From: Candidatus Sumerlaeota bacterium
Lineage (GTDB): Bacteria; Sumerlaeota; Sumerlaeia; UBA8349
NCBI GenBank assembly: GCA_016931035.1
Contig: JAFGFN010000167.1
Span: 2,124-66,123 of the forward strand
Reading direction: 5' to 3'
Length of the DNA: 64,000 nt
The notes beneath the pieces are model-generated. The model did no database searches and was not told the DNA's origin. It saw nothing but the letters and a program-made list of their open reading frames with translations. Shown piece by piece: positions 24,901 through 33,100 of the stretch. Position 1 is the first letter of the stretch; every line of letters starts with the position of its first letter. A program made the position numbers and the translations under genes.

Positions 24901-26946
24901 ATTGAACACCACGCACGGAGCGAACGCGCCGTAGGCCGGGTCGCCGTCGGGTCCCATGATGCTGATGCGATAGTCCGAGCCGATCTGCGAGCCCGAGGCG
25001 CTGACGACCTGGCCGAAGATCTCGATCTCGTCGTCGACCATCGCGCCCGACGCGTCGTCGCCGCTCCAGACGACGAGGAACCGGTCTTGGGCACTGTTCC
25101 ACGCCACGGCGGGCGTATAAGCGCCCGCGCTCGGATCGCCGTCAGGTCCCATGTCGCTGAGGCGGAACATGTCGCCGGCCGGAGAGCCATCGCCGTTGAG
25201 CATGCGGCCGAAGATCTCGAATTCTTCGTCGGCCAGCGCGCCCGAATTGTGGTCGCCGCTCCAGACGACGAGATAGCGGTCGCTGGTCTCGCTATAGGCG
25301 ATGGCGGCGCTCGAGGCGCCGTAGACCGTGGATCCGTCGGCGCCCATGGCGCTGATCGGATAGTCGGCCGGACCGACAAGAACGCCAACGTCCAGCGCCT
25401 GCGATTGGTTGTCGTAGAGATCCGGCTCAATCGGATAGTCGGTGAGCGTCACGGTATTGGTGAAGGGAGCGGGGCCGATCGGGGCCACGGCCACGTGGCA
25501 CGAAAGGGTTCCACCGGGCCCTACGTCGCCCGTGTCCCACGTCCAGACGCCCGCGGTCGGCGGTCCGACGCCGGCCGTGTCCGAAACGTATTCCACCGCC
25601 GGCGGAAGCGTGTCGACGACCCGCACGCCGCTGGAATCGGTCGTTCCCGCGTTGGTCATTTCAACCAGGTACTCAAAAGGTGTGCCGAGGTCCACGCCGA
25701 ACCGGCCCGCGCGCTTGGAGACCCGGAGTTCGTTCGCCGCGCAGGTGGTGATTCTCAAGGCGAGTCCATCCAGGGCGCCTTGATCGGCGCCCGCGTTGTC
25801 GTGGACGGTTAGCGTCCACTGTCCGTTCGGGTTCTCGCCGATGAAAGCGCCCATTGCCTCTTCGGGGCAGAGGGGAGAAGCGACAACGCCGTCTATCCAG
25901 CCGGTATAGTCGGTCACTGCTCCGGGATAGTTCGTCGCGCCGGCGCTGTCGTCCCAGAGCGTCCCGTTGAAGACGTCGTCAAAACCGCTTCCGTTGCGGC
26001 TCGATATCGTGACCGTTGTGCCGGCGGGCGACTTCAACCAGATGTCCAGGTCCCAGTTGAATGTGTGCGTGATCGAAGTCGCCAGGTCGACGTCGCAAAT
26101 GAATTCGTCCAGGGCGCCGACCGTGATGTCTTGCAGGGTCGTCGTATGGTCGAGGATCGGCAGGCCGAGTCCCGTCAGGGAAACCACGGAAGTCGTCGTA
26201 TTCTGGGGCGCCGAAGGGAGCGTGGTCAACCTCAGCGACGACGCACGAAACCGACCCTGTTCGCCTGCGGCGGTGTCGGAGACACGTGCTCTCCAGGTGC
26301 CGTTCGGGTTCTCGCCGATGAAGGCGGCCAGCGCCTCTTCGGGGACGACGACCGTGGAGACGACCAGATCGGCGTAGGCTACGTCGGTCACCGGGCCGGG
26401 AGCGCTGACCCCGCCGGCGTCGTCGTCGAACAAAGTGCCGTTGAAAACGTTGTCGAAGCCCCCGCCGTTGTTCGACGACAGAGTTACGGAGGTTCCGGCG
26501 GGGGAGGTCAAAGTGATGAGCAGATCCGAGTTCCGGGTATGAGTGATGAAGACGGTGAGACTCGCGTCCCAGACGCAGGGGTCCAGGCCACTGACGTAAT
26601 GATAGAACTCCACCCACCCGTCGTCAGGGATCGCAATGTTGGCGGCGTTCGTGTACACCTCCGTCGTGTAGGCCATTCCGGGGGGCGGGGGAGGAAGCGT
26701 GTCTCGCAGTCCGTGCGGCCCCCTGCCGGACGCCTCTGAAGTCATCCGACCCAGCGGCGGAGCCACGTTGTCGGGTTCCGTCGGCGCCGTCGCCGTCTCG
26801 ACGACTTCGACCTTGTCGAACCGGGTCTCGACGGCCGATTCGTCGGTCTCGTCCGATCCGGCGTGGATCGCCGCGGTCGAGATTGCACAGAGAACCATCA
26901 GAAAGAAGATGCTTCGTTTCCTCGAGAGAAGAATCGTCCCTTTCAT
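21931..26946 (-). CDS. giant secreted multi-domain repeat protein (~1670 aa): signal peptide, 2 proprotein-convertase P-domain-like modules, a DUF11-like domain, ~66-aa repeats, 2 tandem ~200-aa modules, an Ig-like (choice-of-anchor-D-like) domain and a C-terminal domain
   Basis: The start is at MKGTILLSRKRSIFFLMVLCAISTAAIHA (complement of 26944-26946, RBS ggaagagg). The P-domain-like segments are ITHTRNSDLLITLTSPAGTSVTL and ITHTFNWDLDIWLKSPAGTTVTI. Repeats read YLVVWSGDD...EIEIFGQ...MGPDGD. A duplicated module begins NGPI(L/A)NS(P/L)GTG(S/V)GGFDESIL. Confidence 0.85.
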   Translation of the reverse strand: MKGTILLSRKRSIFFLMVLCAISTAAIHAGSDETDESAVETRFDKVEVVETATAPTEPDNVAPPLGRMTSEASGRGPHGLRDTLPPPPPGMAYTTEVYTNAANIAIPDDGWVEFYHYVSGLDPCVWDASLTVFITHTRNSDLLITLTSPAGTSVTLSSNNGGGFDNVFNGTLFDDDAGGVSAPGPVTDVAYADLVVSTVVVPEEALAAFIGENPNGTWRARVSDTAAGEQGRFRASSLRLTTLPSAPQNTTTSVVSLTGLGLPILDHTTTLQDITVGALDEFICDVDLATSITHTFNWDLDIWLKSPAGTTVTISSRNGSGFDDVFNGTLWDDSAGATNYPGAVTDYTGWIDGVVASPLCPEEAMGAFIGENPNGQWTLTVHDNAGADQGALDGLALRITTCAANELRVSKRAGRFGVDLGTPFEYLVEMTNAGTTDSSGVRVVDTLPPAVEYVSDTAGVGPPTAGVWTWDTGDVGPGGTLSCHVAVAPIGPAPFTNTVTLTDYPIEPDLYDNQSQALDVGVLVGPADYPISAMGADGSTVYGASSAAIAYSETSDRYLVVWSGDHNSGALADEEFEIFGRMLNGDGSPAGDMFRLSDMGPDGDPSAGAYTPAVAWNSAQDRFLVVWSGDDASGAMVDDEIEIFGQVVSASGSQIGSDYRISIMGPDGDPAYGAFAPCVVFNTATNQYLIAWHGDDDTAPLVDDEFEIFIRRADYTGAPVGGMSRISDMGNDGATTSSATNAAVAWDSVNNQYLVVWQGDDGTPPLADGEIEIWGQLLNSAGTQIGSDTRLTAMGGASGDTTTGAYAPSVAYGPTQNRYLVVWHGDESSGGYVDGEFEIWGQRLDGNGAPAGLPFSISNTGELGDPDGGARNPSVVYNGDLDEFVVVWDGQILSSGTLVAYNETLHDNGPILNSPGTGSGGFDESILRNNSLGMNTYGFGHQVSAGYRVADDFTIDDPRGWQIEEIVFYAHQTGATTETSTMTDVNYRIWDGSPDNPGSHVVYGDTTTNRLAGSTWSGVYRVTETSSGTDTSRPIMASTARAGVILPPGTYWLDWQCGGSLASGPWADPIAVDLGAGSGVTGNALQWTGAWAPALDTGTGTPQQGFPFQIVGRPGPETNGPIANSLGTGVGGFDESILLTPRGMGLYGYGHQNSAGNRIADDFTIPDPQGWRIDEVVFYAYQTGATNSEITMTEVNYRIWDGPPGEPGSNVIFGDTSTNRLAQSAWSETYRVTDVNSGADATRPIMANTVACGAILPPGSYWLDWQTSGSLSYTGPWAPPIALDPGAAGNATGNGMQSTDNGVTWNPVFDGAPSDFQGFPFLISARLANETDVFGQRLDAATGAEVGIDDFRISDMGPDYDTAYCGFAPAAVYNPGHGEALVVWEGDDNRGGLIDDEFEIFGQRLFGGPEISVSPMSLDFGMHAMGMGPSAESIAHVLSIGVSDLAFTGGGFSITGANAGDFALSSTPPTTPLGPGAQLDVGIVFEPTATGARSALLEIATNDADEPVAQVPLSGTGTPAPVVVTDIDRPGYSTDILYAGKRVYNDRTYEFTNPIPDYLEGELYIKTLDADRDLITTDSFLSFNVGEEAFVYVGIANNMPTPPSWLDGWEEMPERLRTDISGKRRVFKKAFAAGRVYLGPNREEGMPTGYRMYSVVITHQPLSADDWMLYR

Positions 26947-27072
26947 TGTCCTCTTCCTTTCTGCCGGTGGGATGTATTGCCCCTCTCCCCCAGCGCGGCC
27001 ACCGCGAAGGTTGCCGCTTGTCAGTGTGCTATGAACCTGATGCTTCGGATTCACGACCCCGTGAGGCCGCGG

Positions 27073-28692
27073 CTACTTCCCGTTCTGTGGCGCCGTCTGT
27101 TGCATGGCCGGTCCGGTTCGAGCGGGAGCGGAGCCCCCGGTTTCCGGGATCTCCTCGGCCGCCGGCGGACGGCGCAGACTCGGGTGATCGGACGGAAGCG
27201 TCCGCATCTGCCGAATGCGACGCGCGAGCCAGACCAGAGTGAGAGCGAGAACCTTGAGGTCGAACAAGGGCGACCAGTTCTCGATATAGTAGAGATCGTA
27301 TTTCAGGCGCTCGGAAATCGTCCCTTCGTACCCCGTCTGGCCGTTGACCTGGGCCCAGCCCGTCATCCCCGACTTGATGCGGTGGCGCGCCATATAGAGC
27401 GGAACTTCCTCGGAGAACTGCTCGACGAAGTGCGGCCGCTCGGGACGCGGCCCGACCAGGCTCATGTCGCCGCGCAAGACGTTGAGAAGCTGCGGCAGTT
27501 CGTCGAGATGGGTTTGGCGCAGACGGCGTCCGATGCGCGTCTGGCGCGGATCGTCGGGCGTCGAAAAGACCGGGCCGGTGCCCCGCTCCGCGTCCACGTA
27601 CATCGTGCGAAACTTGAGGATCGTGAAACGCCGGCCGTCGGTTCCGATCCGCTCTTGTCTGAAGAAGACCGGCCCCAGCGAGTCGTTCCGGACAAGCCAG
27701 GCGATCAGGAGCATGAAGGGGGAAGACAGCGCGAGAAACGCTCCCGACACAACGAGGTCGAACGTTCGCTTGAGAACGGCGTTCCATCCTTCGAGCGGCG
27801 TGTCGCGCAGCCCGAGGAAGGGGATGCCGTCCACTTCCTCGATGCTCACTTGGCTGAACAGCATCTCGGCCAGATCGGGGACGACTTTCACGTCGACCAT
27901 CCGTTTCTGGCACTCGAAAAAGACGCCGGCGAGCATTTCGTGGCGAAAATCGGGCTGCGCGACGAAGACCGCTTCCACTCGCTCCCGCTTGAGGACTTCG
28001 CGCAGAGCGCCTACGGTCCCGACGACCTCGATCCCCGTCAGCACGCGGCCTACGTCTTCGTCGTCGGCCGACAGAAAGCCGACGATGTTCCATCCGAACT
28101 CGGGGTGGCGCCGCACGCAACGCGCGACTTCCTTGGCCGTGGGGCCGACGCCGACGACCAGTGCTCGGGCCAGGCCGCGCCCGCTCAGGCGGGCCGATAC
28201 GATCAAGCGACGATGCAGGAACCAGCGGCCCGTCCCGATCAGGCCGGGGACCGTGACCAGCATGAGCGGGACCATCCAACGCGCCGGGGGATGCCGCGTC
28301 AGGCCGTGCGCGAAGAACAGAACCGTCGCGATGAGCGCGACGCTCAGGAGCGAGGCCCGAGCCAAACGCCGCGCCACGCGCCAACTCCAGATCTTCTCGT
28401 CGCGCCGGTACAGATGCGAGAAGCTCAGCGATACGACCCAGACGAGCATCGCGATCGGCAGGAGCCGCGCGTAGTCGGACGGTTCGTAACCTTCCACTAC
28501 GGCGATCCAGCCCGACGCGAACCGAATCCAATAGGCGAGCAGGAGTCCCGCGGCGATGGCGGCCAGGTCGTGGAGAGTCAGGGTGACGGGAATATAGAGT
28601 CGGCGTTTGCGCTTCAGGGACGTAGGACGGGAAGGAAGTCCGGTCATCGCAGTCCGCCGGGAATAGATTGTGGATCGAGGAATCCGCGCCAT
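27073..28692 (-). CDS. polyprenyl-phosphate glycosyl-1-phosphate transferase (WcaJ/EpsB-like initiating sugar transferase)
   Basis: KRTFDLVVSGAFLALSSPFMLLIAWLV...GPVFFRQERIG..GRRFTILKFRTM...DELPQLLNVLRGDMSLVGPRPERP is the bacterial sugar transferase domain. There are N-terminal TM helices. Confidence 0.85.
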   Translation of the reverse strand: MARIPRSTIYSRRTAMTGLPSRPTSLKRKRRLYIPVTLTLHDLAAIAAGLLLAYWIRFASGWIAVVEGYEPSDYARLLPIAMLVWVVSLSFSHLYRRDEKIWSWRVARRLARASLLSVALIATVLFFAHGLTRHPPARWMVPLMLVTVPGLIGTGRWFLHRRLIVSARLSGRGLARALVVGVGPTAKEVARCVRRHPEFGWNIVGFLSADDEDVGRVLTGIEVVGTVGALREVLKRERVEAVFVAQPDFRHEMLAGVFFECQKRMVDVKVVPDLAEMLFSQVSIEEVDGIPFLGLRDTPLEGWNAVLKRTFDLVVSGAFLALSSPFMLLIAWLVRNDSLGPVFFRQERIGTDGRRFTILKFRTMYVDAERGTGPVFSTPDDPRQTRIGRRLRQTHLDELPQLLNVLRGDMSLVGPRPERPHFVEQFSEEVPLYMARHRIKSGMTGWAQVNGQTGYEGTISERLKYDLYYIENWSPLFDLKVLALTLVWLARRIRQMRTLPSDHPSLRRPPAAEEIPETGGSAPARTGPAMQQTAPQNGK

Positions 28693-28783
28693 TGCCAGAT
28701 GAAGACGCGCCCTGGAAAGCAGGCCTTATGCTATCCTCCACCCCCTGGCTGGCGCAAGGAGTTTTCTCCCCTGCCGCGTGGGC

Positions 28784-28813
28784 TTGACGCGCTCCCCGTC
28801 GGCGGCGTAGGCT
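28784..28813 (+). promoter_or_regulatory. possible sigma70 promoter for the methyltransferase pair
   Basis: TTGACG (28784-28789), an 18-nt spacer, then TAGGCT (28808-28813), 26 nt upstream of GTG 28840. Confidence 0.3.
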
Positions 28814-28839
28814 GGGGACCGGGCTGAGGGAGATTCGAC

Positions 28840-29472
28840 GTGGGTTTCTTGGCTTTGTTCGGAAAGAAGAAGATCGACCGCGATCAGTGGGGCGACGGCG
28901 ACAACGTCTCGCGCGAGACGTATCGCCGCTACATGCGCCTGTCGTGGGACGAGACCCGGCTCGACTCGCCGCAGTACTTCGAGCGCCTGCAGTTCTGCGT
29001 GCAGCGCGCTCGCGGGCGGGTGCTCGAGATCGGCTGCGGCATCGGCAACATGACGCGCTGGCTCGCCGCCTCGCGCCGAGTCGAGTCGATCCTCGCCGTC
29101 GACGCGTTCGAGGCCGCCGTCGAGGAACTGAAGACCTATGGCCTTCCCAAGACGACGGCGCGGACGATGAATCTCGAAGACCTGCGCTTCGATCCGGCCG
29201 AGCGATTCGACACGGTCATGCTCTGTGAAGTGCTCGAACACATCTATCCAAGCGAAGAGAAGAAGATGCTTCGCGCGCTTCGACCTCACGTGGACGGCGC
29301 GACGCTCTACGTCGTCTCGACCCCGATCGGATGGCTCGAAGATCCACATCACGTCCGCGCGTTCTCGAAAGAGAAGTTCCTCCGGCATCTGAGAAGGAAA
29401 TACGGCGATCCCGACGAGACCGACTACGACTCGGGCTACTCCCAATGCGCGGTCGGACGGTTTCGGCCTTGA
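28840..29472 (+). CDS. class I SAM-dependent methyltransferase
   Basis: VLEIGCGIGNMTRWLA is motif I (GxGxG), with an acidic residue at the end of beta2 (AVDAFE). It has a GTG start with the RBS gagggag. Confidence 0.75.
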   Translation: MGFLALFGKKKIDRDQWGDGDNVSRETYRRYMRLSWDETRLDSPQYFERLQFCVQRARGRVLEIGCGIGNMTRWLAASRRVESILAVDAFEAAVEELKTYGLPKTTARTMNLEDLRFDPAERFDTVMLCEVLEHIYPSEEKKMLRALRPHVDGATLYVVSTPIGWLEDPHHVRAFSKEKFLRHLRRKYGDPDETDYDSGYSQCAVGRFRP

Positions 29473-30134
29473 ACTCGCGCGCGCTTTCGATCGCCGATCT
29501 GTGCGGTCTTCCCGATCTCGATTTCGAGACCGGGTCGCCCGGAATGGCGCCGGGACACGATTCGCTCGCTCTGGCGAGATACGCCCGGGTCGCGGCGAGG
29601 GAGCGGGTTCTGGATTTGGGGACCGGCCAAGGGATCGTCGCCCTAATGCTGGCCGCGCGCGAAACGGTTCATGTGATTGGGGTCGAGCGCGAGAAGAGGG
29701 TGCTGGCTGCGGCGCAACGCAACGCGCGGCGCAATGCCGAAAGACTCCAAGGACGCGTGACGTGGCTGTGCGCCGACCTGAGAAGCCTCTCCCGGAATCG
29801 CGACACGATGGCGCCGACGGAAACAGAGGGCTTCTTTGACCTGGCGACGATGAACCCGCCCTTTATGAGGGTGGGCGAGGGGCGCATCTCGCCCGATTCC
29901 GCGCGGGCGGCGGCGCGCCAGGAAACTCACGGCGTTCTGGTCGATTGGATCGAAGCCGCGGCGCGAGCGCTTCGGCGAGGAGGGCGACTTGCCCTTATTC
30001 AGCGTATCGCCCGAGGCGACGAAACGCTCGCGGCGCTCGCCGAGGCCGGATTCAGCATCGTCGACCGCGTCCGCCTGAGCGACACGCCCGGACGCAAACC
30101 GGGGTGGCTTCTCGCGACCGCCCGGAAATCCTGA
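29445..30134 (+). CDS. class I methyltransferase with an NPPF motif (YfiC/TrmN6-like N6-adenine-type)
   Basis: VLDLGTGQGIVALMLA is motif I and ATMNPPF is motif IV. The start is uncertain: ATG 29445 overlaps the upstream gene by 28 nt, and the ORF begins at 29331. Confidence 0.65.
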   Translation: MRGRTVSALNSRALSIADLCGLPDLDFETGSPGMAPGHDSLALARYARVAARERVLDLGTGQGIVALMLAARETVHVIGVEREKRVLAAAQRNARRNAERLQGRVTWLCADLRSLSRNRDTMAPTETEGFFDLATMNPPFMRVGEGRISPDSARAAARQETHGVLVDWIEAAARALRRGGRLALIQRIARGDETLAALAEAGFSIVDRVRLSDTPGRKPGWLLATARKS

Positions 30135-30146
30135 CCGGCCGATTTC

Positions 30147-33100
30147 CTACTCGTGCAGATACCAGTTCGACACGCCGGTCCCGGGCGGAGGCTCGATATT
30201 GATCTCGAAGTTCGCCCGCAACGTCATCGTCTCAGTCACGCTCGTGACGGTGAGCGGATTGTCGGTCGAATAGTCCGCGCCGCCCTTCGTCCAGTTCACG
30301 AAATGGTGGTACAACGGCGCGACCGCGGTCACCGGCGTGCAGTCGCTGCCGTGGTCGATCGTCTGCGGGCTGGTCCCGATGAGCGACGCACCCGCCATCC
30401 CGTCGGTCTCGAACGTGACCGTGTACTGGTTGATCGCGAAGTTGGCCGTGACGCTGATGCTCGCGGTCACGTTCGTATCGGTCCGCGGGTTTTGGGTCGA
30501 CGAGTCGCTCCAATTCACGAAGTGATAACCCGTGTTGGGAATCGCCTCGACCTGGCTGCCGTCCGAACCGTAGTTCACCGTCTGCGGCGAGGTGCCCGAG
30601 ATCGAGCCGTTCGCCCCAGCCGTATAGGTCAGAGTGTACTGGTTAATGGCGAAGTTGGCCGTGACGCTGATGTTGCCGGTCACGTCCGTATCGGTCCGCG
30701 GGTTCTGGGTCGACAAGTCGCTCCAGTTCACGAAGTGATACCCCGTGTTGGGAATCGCCTCGACCGCCGTGCCGTCCGAACCGTGTTCTACCGTCTGAGG
30801 CGAGGTTCCCGAGATCGACCCGTTCGCCCCGGCCGTGTAGGTCAGGGTGTACTGGTCGAGCGCGAAGTTCGCGGTCAGGGTAGTCTCGGTCGTCACGTCG
30901 GTCACGGTGAGCGGATTGTCGGTCGAATAGGGCGAGCCGCCCTCGGTCCAGTTAACGAAGTGCCAGTTCGCCGGCGCGTTCGCCGTCACGGCCGAACAGC
31001 CGCTGCCGTGGGCGACCGTCTGGCTCGTCGCGCCGTCGAGCGACGCGCCCGGTGTCCCGTCGGTTTCAAACGTCACGGTGTAGTAGTTGATGGAGAAGTT
31101 GGCAGTCACCAACAGGTCGGTCGTCACGCTCGTATCGGTGCGGGGATTGTCCGTCGAGCTGTCGCTCCAGTTGACGAAATGATAGCCCGTGTCCGGAATC
31201 GCCTCGACCGCCGTGCCGTCCGAGCCGTGATCCACCGTCTGAGGCGTCGATCCCGAGATCGATCCGTTCGACCCGGCGAGATAGGTCAGGGTGTACTGGT
31301 CGAGGGCGAAGTTGGCGACGAGCGTCATGTCGTCGGTCACGTTTGTCGCGAGCAGCGGGTTGCTCGTCGAATAGTCGGCGCCGTCCAGGGTCCATTTGAC
31401 GAAATGCCAGTTCGCGGGCGCGTTCGCGGTGACCGTCGTGCAATCCTCGCCGTAGATCGAAGTTTGTGTTGTCGCGCCGTCGAGTGTCGCGCCCGGCGTT
31501 CCATCGGTCACGAATGCGACGGACTGGATGACCTCGAATTGGGCGAAGCCGACTTGCGAGTGCCCGCCGATGGTCGTGAAGGCGCCTCCGGCATAGAGCG
31601 CGCGATCCGCCAAGTTCAGGGTATAGACCGAGCTGTTCGCCCCGGGATCCCATCCCGTGGCCGAGGCGGTCGAGACGTCGAGCGCCGCGATGCGGTTGCG
31701 CGTTTGCCCTCCGATGCTCGAGAAATCGCCCCCTGTGTAAAGCGTCGGACTCGATATCGCCAAGGTCCGGAGTATGTTGTTGGGGTTGGGGTTCCACAAG
31801 GAGGCCGCGCCGGTCGATGTGTCGAGCGCCGCGGCGTAAAGACGCGCCTGTCCTCCGATGCCGGTGAACTGGCCCCCGACGAAGAGCGTCGAACCGGAGA
31901 GCGCGAGGGCGCGAACGACCGCGTCGGCGTTGGGATTCCAGGCGGTGGCCGCCCCGGTGGACGTGTTGAGCGCGGCGATCCGGTTGCGGGCCGCGCCGCC
32001 GATGTTGATGAAGGCTCCGCCGACGTAGAGCGTCGAGCCGGAGAGCAACATCGTTCGTACTTCATTGTCCGCGTTGGGATTCCAGGCGGTGGCGACGCCG
32101 GTGGATAGGGCGTCGAGCGCGGCGATATAGTTGCGCGCCGCGCCGCCGATGTTGGTGAAGGCGCCTCCGGTGTACAGGGTCGAGCCCGACAGGAGCAGCG
32201 AATAAACGCTTCCGTTGGCGTTCGGGTTCCAGGTCAGGGCCGAACTGGTGGCGGGATCGAGCGCGGCCAGGCGATTGCGCGCCTGTCCGCCGATGTTGGT
32301 GAACGCGCCTCCGGCGTACACCGTCCCGCCCGACGTTGCCAGAGCCAGGACTTCGCCGTTCGCGCTGGGATTCCAGCCGGTGACCTCGCCGGTCTCGGCG
32401 TCGAATGCCGCGATGTTGTTGCGGGTCTCCCCGCCGCCGATACTCGTAAACTCACCGCCTACGAAGAGGGTCGATCCGTATAACCCTAGGATACGGACCG
32501 TGCCGTTCGCATTGGGATTCCAGGCCAGGGCGTTCCCGGTCGCTATGTCGAGCGCGGCGATGCGGCTGCGCGCGGCGCCGCCGATGTTGGTGAAGAACCC
32601 GCCCGCGTAGACGGTCGAGCCCGAGATGAGGATTGCGCGAACCTCGCCGTTGGCGTTGGGATTGAAGGCCGTGGCCGTCCCGGTGGAGGCGGCGTCGATC
32701 GCGGCGATCCGGTTGCGCGCGGCGCCGCCGATGTTCGAGAAGTTCCCTCCGGCGTAGACCGTCGAGCCCGACACGCGCAGGTCGGCGACCCAGCTGTCGG
32801 CGCTCGGGTCCCAGCTCGTCGCCGTGCCGGTGGACGCGGCGTCGATCGCGGCGATATAGTTGCGCGTCAGGCTGCCGCCGACCGTGGTGAACGCGCCGCC
32901 GATATAGACCGTCGATCCAGCGGGCGTCACGGCATAGACCCAAGAGCCCGCGTTCGGGTTCCACGCGGTCGCGGCGCCCGTCGAGGCGCTGACGGCGCCG
33001 ATGTAGTTGCGCGCGGCGCCGCCGATATTGGTGAACGCGCCCGCCGCATAGACGGTCGAACCCTCGATGCCGACGTCGTACACTTCGCCGTTGGCGCTCG

